From: an uncultured bacterium | Lineage (GTDB): Bacteria > JAGOEH01 | Assembly: GCA_964632485.1 (NCBI GenBank) | Contig: CAZWDO010000017.1 | Span: forward strand, 1-64,000 | DNA: 64,000 nucleotides | Direction: 5' to 3' | Part shown: positions 50,132 to 62,200 of the stretch, piece after piece | Layout of the letters: each line of letters starts with the position of its first letter | Numbering within the stretch: the first letter of the stretch is position 1 | Made by a program: the position numbers and the translations under genes | Notes under the pieces: generated by a model | What the model was told of the DNA's origin: nothing | What the model saw: only the letters and a program-made list of their open reading frames with translations | Databases searched by the model: none

Positions 50132-51190
50132 TTATAATTCCCGGATTCGAGCGATTAATTGTTGCATGTCAGAATCGGCGCCAATCGTAATACGGACAAA
50201 ATCGCTGATCCCTTCCTTATTGAAGTGGCGAACCAGGATGCCTTGTTTCTTGAGCGACTCATAAATATGGGCGCCGGTGTACCCCGGTTTCCGGGCAAAA
50301 ATAAAATTGGCCTGCGAGGGCAATACGCTCCAGTCTAACTGTTTAAGGGCTTGAATTACATACTCCCGCGTCGTGATTATCCTTTGATTGATCCGCTCAT
50401 AATACTCGTTGTCTGCAATGGCCAATGTACCGATCTTCATGGATAAGCGGTTGATCGGATATGAGTTAAAGGAATCCTTAACGGTGATCAGGGCGTCAAT
50501 CAGATTAGGCCCGGCCAGGACATACCCCAGTCGGGCTCCGGCTAAGCAATGGCTTTTCGAAAAAGTCCGCACAATGATCAGCGTCGGATACTTCTTCAGC
50601 AGTTTAACTGCGCTTTCGCCCCCAAATGCAATATAGGCTTCATCGATGACGATAATCCCCTGAGGATGATAGTTTTTAAACAGACGTTCGATGGCGTCCA
50701 GTTGTAAATAGATGCCGGTGGGCGCATTGGGATTGGGGAAAATAATTCCGGTAGATTCGATCGCGTCATAATAATAATCAGATACATTGATAGTAAAATC
50801 ATCCCGTAAAGGAATTTGTTGGTATTCAATCTGATAAAGCGCGCAATACACCGGGTAGAAACTATAGGTGAAATTGGGAAACAGGATCGGACCCCGCCTG
50901 CCGTCGAAAAAAGCATAGAAGATGAAGGCCAGGGCTTCATCGGACCCATTGGCAATAAATACCTGTTGTGGATCCAGTTGATGCTGAGCGGCGACCGCTT
51001 CCCTCAGTTCCCACGATGTCGGATCCGGGTAAAGGCGCAAATCCCCGGCCTCAGCCTGTTCCAGATACTCTTGAACACGGGGACTGGGTGGGTAAGGGTT
51101 TTCATTGGTGTTGAGTTTAATGTAACGGCGATCACGGGGTTGCTCGCCCGGAACATACGGTTTAAGTGGTCGCATTCGACGGGCATACAT
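50132..51190 (-). CDS. hisC: Histidinol-phosphate aminotransferase
   Basis: PYVPGEQP, KLNTNENPYPPSP, NGSDE, NPNAPTG, DEAY, RTFSK (PLP Lys), RITIG. Confidence 0.92.
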   Translation of the reverse strand: MYARRMRPLKPYVPGEQPRDRRYIKLNTNENPYPPSPRVQEYLEQAEAGDLRLYPDPTSWELREAVAAQHQLDPQQVFIANGSDEALAFIFYAFFDGRRGPILFPNFTYSFYPVYCALYQIEYQQIPLRDDFTINVSDYYYDAIESTGIIFPNPNAPTGIYLQLDAIERLFKNYHPQGIIVIDEAYIAFGGESAVKLLKKYPTLIIVRTFSKSHCLAGARLGYVLAGPNLIDALITVKDSFNSYPINRLSMKIGTLAIADNEYYERINQRIITTREYVIQALKQLDWSVLPSQANFIFARKPGYTGAHIYESLKKQGILVRHFNKEGISDFVRITIGADSDMQQLIARIREL

Positions 51191-51292
51191 CAATATGGCT
51201 CCTTCTCGGTATCAGTACCAATTTCCGGTGAAACATGACCGGTTGAACTATAAAGACTGAAAGCTGTCTTCATCATCTTGATCCATCATTAA

Positions 51293-51321
51293 ATTATATA
51301 TGATTCACCTCTTTTTGTCAA
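51293..51321 (-). promoter_or_regulatory. Consensus sigma70 promoter of hisC
   Basis: Perfect TTGACA-N17-TATAAT. Confidence 0.85.
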
Positions 51322-51557
51322 GACAAAAATTTTAAATGGCGCATCACTTTTGCGTAGAGTTATGTCGTTTCGGGCAGCAATTTATAAGTTCGTTGATTGA
51401 TGATCCTGATGTTTAGTGGAGGGGAGAGGCTGGGAGCTGATCCGATTTGACCTGGTTAGGGAAATTAAAAAATCGGGGAAGGATGATTGAATGGACTTGA
51501 TTTTATGAAAAAATATGATTATTTTAGGATAACCGTAATTTTTAGCAGGAGGCATTT

Positions 51558-52739
51558 ATGTACCAGGAAAAGATTGATCAGGCAGCCGCAATTCTGGACG
51601 AGTTGGACGTCGATATGTGGCTTTGTTTTGGGCGGGAAGCTCATACGATTCATGAACCGGCATTGGATTTGATTTTGGGTACTGGCTACACCTGGCAATC
51701 GGCTTTTATTGTCACACGTAGCGGTGAAAATGCAGCGATTGTCGGCAGTCTGGATGCCCCTAATATTGAAAAACGCGCCATTTTTAAACACGTGATCCCC
51801 TATGTCCAATCCGTTCGGGAACCGCTTTTGCAATATATCCAAAAAATTAACCCGCAGCGCATTATGATTAATTATTCCGAATCGAATATCATGGCCGATG
51901 GACTCACTCATGGAATGTATCTGCAACTGTTGCGATACCTGGAAGGAACTCCCTACTCAGCGCGATTGGAATCCTCCGCGCCACTGATGTCGGCCTTAAG
52001 GGGTAGAAAATCAAAAAGCGAGATTGAACGAATTCGGAAAGCGATTCTGACAACGGAAATGATTTATGCCGAAATTCATGATTTCTTGAGACCGGGATTG
52101 CGGGAGAAAGATGTTTATGATTTTACGCTGAGGCGGATGCGGGAACTGAATGTTGAACCCGCCTGGGACATCGAATCCTGCCCTTCGGTGTTTACCGGTA
52201 TGCCCCTGGAGGGAGAAGCCCATATCGGACCGACCGAACGTTTGATCGAACGCGGACAGGTAATGAATATGGATTTTGGATTGAAAATTGACGATTATTG
52301 TTCCGATTTGCAACGCACATGGTATTTTCTTAATGAAGGAGAAACGGAAGCGCCTGAATCGGTAATTAGCGGTTTTAACGCGGTACGCGATGCCATCGTG
52401 GCGTCTGCCCGGGCTATCCGTCCGGGCGTTACTGGCCTGAGTATCGACACGATCGCCCGCGATCTGATTAAAGCGCGCGGTTTCAACGATTATCCCCATG
52501 GTCTGGGACATCAAGTAGGGCGTTCCGCTCATGACGGCGGGGGGTTGTTATGCCCGGAATGGGAACGCTATGGCGAACTGCCATACCTTAAACTGGAGGA
52601 GAACCAGGTCTATACAATTGAGCCGCGTGTTCGCATTGAGGGTTATGGAACCGCCACCGTGGAAGAAATTGTAGTCGTCAAACCTCTTGGGGCTGAATTT
52701 TTATCGCATCTTCAGGATGCGATCTGGTTGATTCCCTAA
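51558..52739 (+). CDS. Xaa-Pro peptidase / M24 family metallopeptidase
   Basis: DFG...YCSDLQRT, HGLGHQVG..AHD, TIEP, EE metal ligands. Confidence 0.9.
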   Translation: MYQEKIDQAAAILDELDVDMWLCFGREAHTIHEPALDLILGTGYTWQSAFIVTRSGENAAIVGSLDAPNIEKRAIFKHVIPYVQSVREPLLQYIQKINPQRIMINYSESNIMADGLTHGMYLQLLRYLEGTPYSARLESSAPLMSALRGRKSKSEIERIRKAILTTEMIYAEIHDFLRPGLREKDVYDFTLRRMRELNVEPAWDIESCPSVFTGMPLEGEAHIGPTERLIERGQVMNMDFGLKIDDYCSDLQRTWYFLNEGETEAPESVISGFNAVRDAIVASARAIRPGVTGLSIDTIARDLIKARGFNDYPHGLGHQVGRSAHDGGGLLCPEWERYGELPYLKLEENQVYTIEPRVRIEGYGTATVEEIVVVKPLGAEFLSHLQDAIWLIP

Positions 52740-52765
52740 AATTATTTAAGATTGTAGTTATTTTC

Positions 52766-54739
52766 ATGGCTGTAAATATTTCATTAGCGGGATTGAATCC
52801 CCAGCAACTGGAAGCGGTTCGCCATATCGAAGGCCCGGCATTGATCCTGGCCGGAGCGGGGAGTGGGAAAACCCGCGTCATTACCTTTCGTATCGCGTAT
52901 TTGCTGAGTCGGAATATCCCTCCGGCTCATATTCTGGCAGTTACTTTCACCAATAAAGCCGCTGAGGAAATGAGAAAACGCGTGCAAAGCATCCTGCCCG
53001 GACAAAACCTGCGGGATTTAATTATTTCCACCTTCCATTCATTTGGAGTGCGAATCCTCCGAAAATATATTAACCATTTAGGTTATAAAAGTAATTTTTG
53101 TATTTATACCGAACAGGAAAAGCGCTCATTGATCCGAAAAGTGGTCCGGGAACAGTTGAGCGGCATCGCCGGAAGTTTTTTGGAATCGGCGGAGTACCAG
53201 ATCAGCCAGTGGAAAAACGATCTGCTGGGGCCGGCTGATTTAAACGATACTCATCTCGATACAGAGAAAAAGTTTTTTCTTCGCGAAGTCTATCAACATT
53301 ATCAATTAATGCTCCAGGCTATGAATGCCGTGGATTTTGACGATCTGATTTTGCTGGCGGTTAAACTATGGCGCGAGTTTCCTGAAGTCCTGGAAGAGTG
53401 TCGCGCCCGCTTCAGCTATATTATGGTGGATGAATTCCAGGACAGCAATTTCGCTCAGTATGAAATGATGCGGGTTTTAGCTTCTGGATGCGAGAATCTG
53501 TTCGTGGTCGGCGACGATGACCAGAGCATTTATGGTTGGCGCGGCGCGGATGTGCGGCATATCCTGAATTTCGAACACGATTATCCCGGGGCCAAAGTGG
53601 TCTTTCTGGAACAGAACTATCGTTCAACCAATACCATTTTAGAAGCGGCGAACAATGTTATCGGTAAAAATCCCGAACGCAAAGAAAAGCGCCTCTGGAG
53701 CGATCTGGGACAGGGATATCGCATTGATTGGATTGTGGTCAATGATGAGAACCATGAGGCGGATTGGGTCGCCCAAAAAATCCAGAAAATCAACCAGGAA
53801 TTTCAAATCCCGTTTCGCGATTTCGCCATACTCTATCGCAGCAACGCCCAGTCCCGCGCCTTTGAACTGGTGTTCCGCAAACTGAATATCCCTTATGTAG
53901 TGTTTGGCGGCCAGAACTTTTTCGAACGCAAAGAAGTTAAAGACCTTATCGCCTATTTAAACATTATTATTAATCCCACCGATGATATCAGCCTGCTGCG
54001 CATTATCAATTGCCCACGCCGTGGAATCGGGGAAACTACTATTATCAAATTGATCGATCATAGCCATAAGAACCATCTCCCCATATTTTACTGCTTGCGT
54101 AATGAGCTGAATCAATTGGCATTGAATGCCAGTGCCCGCGATAATCTTGTCGATTTTTTTTCCCTGATTGAAGAATACCGCTATCATTTTCAGCATAGCG
54201 AAAATCTCTCCGGGATACTGAACCGGTTCATCGAGTCGATTGTGTATCGTAAAGAACTAGAACTGCTTTATAAAAGCGATGAACAGGTCGAAGCCCGTTG
54301 GCAAAATGTGGAAGAATTAGTCAATGCCCTGGGAAAATCCCAGGAAGAAAATCCGGATTTAACCCTGGCGGATTTCGTCGATCAGATTTCTTTGGGTATT
54401 GAGGATGGGAACAGCGAACCGGGTAAAAAGCAAAAAGATGATCGCTCTGTGAAACTCATGACGGTCCATAGCGCAAAAGGGATGGAGTTTCCGTTTGTTT
54501 TTATGGTGGGAATGGAGGAGCGAATCTTTCCGCACGAAAAATCGGTGAGCGAGGATGGATTGATGGAGGAGCGACGTCTGTGCTATGTGGCTATCACCCG
54601 CGCTCAGCGGCATTTGATGCTTGTTCAGGCCCGACAGCGATTCAGGTATGGTCGATCGCAGACCTCGACACCCTCCCGTTTTTTTGAGGAAATCCCGGAA
54701 CACTTAATCTATCGGAGAATTGAAAATGGACCCATTTGA
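52766..54739 (+). CDS. UvrD/PcrA/Rep-family ATP-dependent DNA helicase
   Basis: LAGAGSGKT, TFTNKAA, VDEFQD, VGDDDQSIYGWRGA, LEQNYRS, TVHSAKGMEF, EERRLCYVAITRA. Confidence 0.95.
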   Translation: MAVNISLAGLNPQQLEAVRHIEGPALILAGAGSGKTRVITFRIAYLLSRNIPPAHILAVTFTNKAAEEMRKRVQSILPGQNLRDLIISTFHSFGVRILRKYINHLGYKSNFCIYTEQEKRSLIRKVVREQLSGIAGSFLESAEYQISQWKNDLLGPADLNDTHLDTEKKFFLREVYQHYQLMLQAMNAVDFDDLILLAVKLWREFPEVLEECRARFSYIMVDEFQDSNFAQYEMMRVLASGCENLFVVGDDDQSIYGWRGADVRHILNFEHDYPGAKVVFLEQNYRSTNTILEAANNVIGKNPERKEKRLWSDLGQGYRIDWIVVNDENHEADWVAQKIQKINQEFQIPFRDFAILYRSNAQSRAFELVFRKLNIPYVVFGGQNFFERKEVKDLIAYLNIIINPTDDISLLRIINCPRRGIGETTIIKLIDHSHKNHLPIFYCLRNELNQLALNASARDNLVDFFSLIEEYRYHFQHSENLSGILNRFIESIVYRKELELLYKSDEQVEARWQNVEELVNALGKSQEENPDLTLADFVDQISLGIEDGNSEPGKKQKDDRSVKLMTVHSAKGMEFPFVFMVGMEERIFPHEKSVSEDGLMEERRLCYVAITRAQRHLMLVQARQRFRYGRSQTSTPSRFFEEIPEHLIYRRIENGPI

Positions 54740-55487
54740 CGAACTATTATCCATCGTGAAACAACTGCGTAACCCCGATGGAGGATGTCCCTGGGATCGT
54801 AAACAAACCCCGCTGAGTCTGTTACCTTATATGCTGGAAGAAGTGTATGAACTGTTTGAAGCCATTGAAGGTAATAATCAGACGAAAATTCAGGAGGAAC
54901 TGGGTGATGTTCTGCTACATATAGTGTTTCAAATAATTTTGGCGGAAGAAAACCGGCAATTTGATGCCCGGGATGTTGTAAATAGGATCAATGCTAAACT
55001 GCGGGAACGTCATCCACATGTTTTTGACACGAAAAATTTTGAGGATATGTCCGAGTTGAAAACGCATTGGGAGAAAACAAAACAGAAAAAAGGCCAGCGC
55101 CATCTGCTGGATGGCGTGCCTCGCCATGCCCCGGCTCTGCTGCGGGCCCAGCGTGTTCAGGAAAAAGTGTCCGCCGTCGGCTTTGATTGGACTCGCCATT
55201 CCGATGTTGTCAATAAAATTGACGAAGAATGGCGTGAGCTGCGTCATGAAATTATCGTGAATAACCGAGAAGCCATTGAAGAAGAAATGGGGGATCTGCT
55301 GTTTGCCCTGGTGAATTTGGCGCGACATCTTCATCTTTCCGCTGAATGGAGTTTGCAACGGGGGATCGATAAATTCATCGGCCGGTTTAATAAAGTGGAA
55401 GAGGCCGCCGGTTTCCATCCCGAACTTTTATCTATCGCTGAATTGGATGAATTATGGAATCAGGTTAAAAAATCAGAAAAAAAATAA
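54726..55487 (+). CDS. mazG: Nucleoside triphosphate pyrophosphohydrolase
   Basis: GCPWDRKQT, EEVYE, EELGDVLL, RHPHVF, VGFDW, EEEMGDLLF. Confidence 0.93.
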   Translation: MDPFDELLSIVKQLRNPDGGCPWDRKQTPLSLLPYMLEEVYELFEAIEGNNQTKIQEELGDVLLHIVFQIILAEENRQFDARDVVNRINAKLRERHPHVFDTKNFEDMSELKTHWEKTKQKKGQRHLLDGVPRHAPALLRAQRVQEKVSAVGFDWTRHSDVVNKIDEEWRELRHEIIVNNREAIEEEMGDLLFALVNLARHLHLSAEWSLQRGIDKFIGRFNKVEEAAGFHPELLSIAELDELWNQVKKSEKK

Positions 55488-55506
55488 ATTTATTACTATT
55501 TTTATA

Positions 55507-55535
55507 TTGACAAAGCCCTTTTATCATGTTAATAT
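55507..55535 (+). promoter_or_regulatory. sigma70-type promoter of the HU gene
   Basis: TTGACA-N17-TAATAT. Confidence 0.7.
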
Positions 55536-55585
55536 ATATTAACCGTTATTAATGAAAGAGTTCAACTTTTCAGGAGGTATCTACC

Positions 55586-55858
55586 TTGACCAAAGCAGAA
55601 TTAATTGATGCGGTCGCTGAAAAATGCGATGTGACCAAAAAGGTGGCTGGATCGGCTATTGATGCGACATTCGAAGCCATTTCCAGCGCCCTGGCAAAAG
55701 GTGAGGGCTTGACACTGGTCGGATTCGGTTCGTTTACTGTAACTGAACGCAGTCCACGCCAGGGAATGAATCCCAAAACGAAAGAAAAGATTGAAATCGC
55801 TGCAAAAAAAGTTGTTAAGTTCAAACCCGGAAAAGGGTTAAAGGACTCCGTCAATTAA
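55586..55858 (+). CDS. hup: DNA-binding protein HU
   Basis: TKAELI, LVGFGSF, R..R.G.NPKT, FKPGK.LKD; TTG start behind GGAGG. Confidence 0.95.
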   Translation: MTKAELIDAVAEKCDVTKKVAGSAIDATFEAISSALAKGEGLTLVGFGSFTVTERSPRQGMNPKTKEKIEIAAKKVVKFKPGKGLKDSVN

Positions 55859-55875
55859 TTGAGGGATTTCTACAC

Positions 55876-55907
55876 AATAGGAGCGGATTCACGCTCCTAT
55901 TTTTTTT
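55876..55907 (+). terminator. Intrinsic terminator after hup
   Basis: AATAGGAGCG / CGCTCCTATT stem followed by a T run. Confidence 0.85.
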
Positions 55908-56239
55908 CTACTTATATAAATAAATTTTTATATAGATTTTATTAACGATATGAATATTTTATTGATCTGAAAAGGTGGTTTAAATTTTCTATCGGAAATC
56001 ATGCGCAACAATCAATTAAATTTTTGGCCTAAAATGATGTAGATTAATTAAATATAATATCAATTTAAAATTTGATATAGAAATTTGTTATAGAAAATTT
56101 TTTCTTGCATTTTAAATTTTTATTTTTATATTGATTTATAGTTGTTTTAATGATCTGTTTATTACCTCATTCTAAGCTTATAAAGCTTAAATGTCCGGAT
56201 TAGAGATACTATGTTAAAAAATACTCAAAGGAGGAGTGT

Positions 56240-59200
56240 ATGTATCGTTTTTTTATTTTGTTTAATATGATATCTCTATTTTTAGGGATTATAACGCCAA
56301 CATGGGGACAGGCCTGGGCCGCGAGATCCAACACGGACGCCAATAGTAATATTTTTCTCGGGGGCCGTTTCATCGAGTTCGGCATTGCCCAAAATGGTTC
56401 TTCTGGCATGATCGGCACTGCTGTCGCCAAACCGGCTGCTTTTTTCGGCAGACGGGTAGCGGGTAACTACGGTGGGGCGTTTCTGGCCGATGCCGACGGA
56501 TTCGGCTTGGGAGCCGACTTACGCATTGATTACTTCATTCCGGGAACCCCGGCCGAAGGCTGGGCCTTGAGCGTAAACGGGGTGAATGGCCTTAATTCCC
56601 ATACCCAAACTGACATTGCGTATGCATTTACCGACCAGACAGTTGGGGATTTACTGCGCACTACTGGCACTGGGACCTGGGAAGGGATCACGGTCGATCA
56701 TGACATTTCATTCGACCTGGAGCATAAGTACATTACCTATGAAGTGACCTTGACCAACAACAGCGGGGCGCAAAAAGACAATATCTATTACATGCGCAGT
56801 TTTGATCCCGATAATACAGTCGATATCGGGGGCAGTTACACCACCACCAACACCGTCATGGCGACGCACGCCGCAGGGGACGGCAAAGCGATCCTGCAGG
56901 CGGAATCGGGAGCGGGCGATGCCTATGACACCTATTCCGGCTCACGGGCGCTGCTGCGCTATTTCAGCTACGATAACAAAGCCAGGCTGCATCTGGTTCC
57001 CGGGGGATTGATGGACTCGGATGCGGCAACAGTGTGCACCGGCGCCAACGCCAAAGGGGACGCGGTCACTCAAGACCGGGGTATTTCGATCGGTTTCGAT
57101 ATCGGCAGTCTGGCCAACGGCGCCAACACCACCTTCACCTATTACGTGGTGATGCGCTCCACCAGCGGTACGGTGACCACCAATTCCAACACGGATTATA
57201 CCTTTTACCAGACCGATTTCGATTATCTGGATCCGGGAGTAGCGGTAGCCGGCGTGACGATCAAAACCCTGCCCGCCAATGGCACATTATTCATCGATGC
57301 CAACAGCGACGGTGTGATTGATGGCGGGGAAGAGGTTAACGTTAATGATGAAATCAATGATCTTGCCGACCTCAATAAACTGAAATATAAACCGAATGCC
57401 GATTGGGTGGGTAAGGACAGCTATACCTTTCAGACCAACGGTGTGGGGGATGAGATCAACATGGCAGTGGTGGTAAGGGCGACTGTAGCTTACAGCGCCG
57501 GCGCCAACGGGTCGTTGACTGGCGGTTCCCCCCAGACGCAATATATTGTCAGCGGCCAGAATGCCGTGGCTGTGACTGCGACGCCCAATCCGGGCTATGT
57601 TACTCGTTGGACAATCAATTCCGGAGCGGGCAACGGTTCGTTCAGCAGTCTGACCGCCAATACGCTGACGATTACCAATGTTACTGGCAATATCGATGTG
57701 ATCGCTACGTTCAAGGCAGCCCCAACCGTCACTACCCAGGTAGCCAGTGAAATCGCGACGACAACGGCGACCGGCAATGGTAACATCACGGCTACCGGCG
57801 ATGTAAATGTCACTAACCGCGGCGTGATCTGGTGGGCGTATAGCAATACCGACAAACAGATCGGCGATGTCGGGGTGACTAATGTTAGCGAAGCCGGGGA
57901 TTTTGGAACCGGGGATTTCACTGCAGCGCTAACTTCGCTTACCATCAACACTCATTACAACGCCCGGGCTCATGCTACCAATGTGATTGGCACCAGTTAC
58001 GGGACGCGGGTCGATTTTTGGACGCTGGCGGCGGTTCCTCCCGCCCCGACGATTGACAATGCGCTGTCGAATTCCATGGAAGTCACAATTACCGCCGGTA
58101 GTAACCCGGCATCGGTGGAATTTGCCATTCAGGAAACCAACAGCGGAAATTACGTACAGGTGAATGGCACTCTGGGTGCGGGTGTCGTTTGGCAGTCTCT
58201 GGGCCAATGGGCGCCGCCGATACTGGTGAACGGCCTTACGCCGTCCACGGAATACACCTTCAAGGTCAAGGCCCGCAATGGCGGAGGAACAGAAACCGCT
58301 TTTAGCGATGGAACCACCCGTACTACACCGGACAAGCCAGACGTCGTAACCAAGGCGGTAAGCAGCCCGGCTACGACCGGCATTACCGCGAATGGCGAAA
58401 TTACCGCGATCAATTTGGCCAATGCCACGAACCGCGGGTTCATTTACTGGACCTATACCGGCGCCGACAAGATCATCGGCGATGTGGGCGCCACCAACGT
58501 TTCAGAAAACGGAAATTTTGATGTCGGAACTTACAATCTGGCGCTGAACAGTCTGGCGGCCAATACTCATTACAATCTTCGAGCGCATGCCACTAATATC
58601 GCCGGTACCAACTACGGCGACCGCGTCGATTTCTGGACGCTTGCCAATCAGCCAGCAGCGCCAGTAGTTGATAATCGTACCCATACCACGCTGGACGTGA
58701 CAATTTCTACTAACGGGAATCCATACTGGACCGAATATGCCATTCATGAAATTAACACCGATACCTGGATTCAGCCGGACGGAACGTTGCTGGATCAGCT
58801 ATTATGGTTTACCAATGCTGTCTGGCAGGATAAGATAACCGTCAAGGGGCTTACTCCTGGAAGAGCCTATTCGTTCGAAGTGTTTGCCCGTAACGGAGTT
58901 CCGGTAATGACCGCCGCCAGTCCCGCTGCAGGAGCGACTCCCGGACTTTTAACGATTAGCGGGAAGATCACTCATAATGGGAATCCTCTGCCCAGCGTAG
59001 ATGTCGTCCTTTCCGGATCCCGTGATTTAGCGACAACTACTGATGACCAGGGTGATTACTCTTTTACGGTTTTTTATTATGAGACCTTTATTCTGACGCC
59101 TTCAAAAACCGGTTATCTTTTTACTCCAAATTATAAAGGTGTCCTTGAAATTTATGAATATGTTGCTCAGAATTTTAGCGCCGAGCTATTGAGTTATCCA

Positions 59201-62200
59201 ATTCAAGGAACCATTACAGAAAATGATCTGCCATTATCTAATGTGACTGTTAATTTGTCAGGTTCCACCACTGCGGTAACCACTACGGACTCTCAAGGCC
59301 ACTATATATTTAATGATCTCGAACATTTTGGAAATTATACCATCACTCCAACAAAAGAACATACCAGTTTTACTCCGGAGAAACGGGATATCTCAGGTTT
59401 AAGTGGTCCGCTGACAATCGATTTCACGGCGAGTCATCATTTGTATAGTATCGAAGGCGCGGTTTTGGATGGCGATAATGCGCCTGTAGCCGGTATGAGT
59501 GTCACACTGACAGGTGATGATGATAAATCGACGACTACGGATACGGAAGGTACGTACCGTTTTACGAATTTAACGGGAGGTGGGAACTATACAGTTAAAC
59601 CTACCGCAATCGGTTACATTTTCACTCCGTCCGAATTAGTGTTTAATGATTTGAATCAGCATGAAACAGAACAGAATTTTAGCGCTGTCAAGAAAACATA
59701 CTCCTTTTCGGGTTTGATTTTCTTTGAGGGTCAACCGATGGAAGGTGTTACGGTAACGTTATCGGGATCATCGGATGCGACGATTATTACCAGTAACCGC
59801 GGTTATTTCTATTTTAGCGGGTTAACTCATGGAAGTTCTTACACTGTCACACCCTCTCTGGTAGGTTATGCATTTACTCCATCGAATAAGACGGTTTCGG
59901 AATTGAAAAGCGCGGTTATTCAGAATTTTAATGCTGAAATCAAAATGTGTGCGATAAGCGGACGTATTACCGTCAATGAAGTCCAACTGAATGCGTTGAG
60001 CGCACCGTTGTCCGATGTGACGATCAATCTGAGCGGTGATGAATCGGGAACCACACTAACGGATAATAACGGAGCCTATCAGTTAATGGTAAAGTATGGT
60101 GGCCAATATACGATTACTCCAAACAAGAGCGGATATAGTTTTACACCGCTTAAACGTGATTATGATGGATTAAGCGACGATGCGCCTAATCAGGATTTTA
60201 TAGCCTCCCCGCAACTGCCCGCTATTGTGCAGTTGTTAGCGCCGGATAATCAGGCTGTAAATGCTCCACTCAACTCTACGTTTAGTTGGCACCCCGCTGA
60301 AAATGCAGTTACCTATACGATAGAGATTTCCCGCAATGCCAATTTTGAGAACCCTGAGATTCAGATTGATGGAATCGAAGAAACAACTTATGCGCCAAGT
60401 GATTTGGATGGTTATTCCACCTATTATTGGCGGGTTCGGGGAGTGAATCCTCAACATACTGGCAGTTGGTCGGCAGTCTGGAGTTTCACGACACTAATGC
60501 CTGCAAGCTTTTTCCATGCGGAAATTATAGAACCCGATATTGACCCGACAATTAGTCAGGGACAATCTGTACCTCTGAAAGGGAAACCATGTTCGTTTAA
60601 TATTCCAGTAATCTACCATTGGGATTTTGGGGATACCCGCAGTTCCGAAGAACTGGAACCGGGATTGACCTATTTTTCCCAATCCGGCCAGTTTGATATT
60701 AAATTTTACTATGAAACAGCTGATCACCAATATGTGAGCGATACGGCCAAGCGAGTTTTGATCGTTGAGCCGATGAGTCAACAAGTGCGTTTCACGACTG
60801 TACCCTATCATCGTTATGAGGCTCCGAATGTGGCTATCCTTTGGAAAACCGGTGTGGCAACATCCGCTAATCTTTATTATGGTACTCAACCAGATCAATT
60901 GGATCAACTGGTTAGTGTCAGTCAGTTAAAAATTGATCATTCGGTAATTTTAAAAGATATTCAACCGGGACTTTATTTCTACAAAGTAGTCGCAACCAGA
61001 CGGTTGATGCAATTAGTTTCACGGATTGATTCATTTGTCGTTACTTCCACTCTCAGTGAAAGCCTACCGCCATCTGTTATTTCGATGCAACCCTATTTTT
61101 ATAACACCTACGCGTTCTTTTTTGTTACTCTGAATAAAGTAGCGTCAGTGGTTTGTAATTATGGAACAAGTCCCGATAATCTTTCAGAAACATTGGTAGG
61201 GGATGGCTATTTTGTTCGGCACAAGCTTATTCTGACCGGACTGACTGCCGGGCAAACCTATTATTACAAGCTAACCTTTACTGATTTAGCCGGAAATGTC
61301 AGTTCTTACCCTACGGCTACAGGATTGGCGAAAAGCGCTTTCTCCTTGAATACTGAACCGTTTACAACTACACAGGAAATTGATATCCAGGCGCCAGGGT
61401 TCATTAAATCAGAAATGTTTCTCAATTATGATCGCAGACTGGGTCTAACATGGGCATGCGACGAACCCGTCAGTTATAGCATTCAATTGATGAAGGGAAA
61501 TGAATTGTTTACCGAATTTACCGATACGAGTGATTATGATATCGAGAATATTTTAATTATCAATGATTTGGAAAACGGTATTGATTATCAAATTAGTTTG
61601 AGTGTTTTTGATTATAAAGGCAATAGCGCATCCGTGAGTTTTAATGCGCAAGTCGCTATGGATCTTCCAATGGCGCCCATTTTGAGTGAAATTGCGCATA
61701 CTATGTTTAATGGTGATTGTCGGATTCAATGGCAAACGGATGTTCCCGCAACAAGCGTTGTGCGGTGGGGGATTAGTGATAACCTTTTAGATCAGACGAT
61801 CGAACACCGTGAATTGACGGTTAAGCATGATCTATTCATTGATTTGACGGGTATCGATCAAGCGGTTTATTATCAAGTTAAAAGTAAACTAAGTGATGAG
61901 GTCAATGAATCTGATTGGTCTGAATTGCGGATGTTCTCACCGGTGGATATCGGAGAAATTGTAGCGCTAAACGGTTTAAAACCTATTCTTGAAACATTTG
62001 GTTATCCGAATCCCTTCAATAGTCAGACGACAATCTCTTACCGGTTAACGCGGACTATCGGTGTTAAACTGGAAATTTTTAATAGTCTGGGTCAGTTGGT
62101 TCGGCATTGGCCGGTGAAGGATGAAACTGCCGGTATTCAGCTAAAAATATGGGATGGACGCGATGACCACGGCAAGCTGTTACCCAGTGGAATTTATTTT

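Noticed and set aside
51330-51490. Purine-rich intergenic stretch between hisC and the M24 peptidase as a possible sRNA
   Set aside because: No convincing stem-loop, terminator or known motif.
52766-55487. UvrD + MazG as an anti-phage defence pair
   Set aside because: Both look like standard housekeeping versions (PcrA/Rep-like helicase, tandem-domain MazG) between an M24 peptidase and HU, with no nuclease partner.
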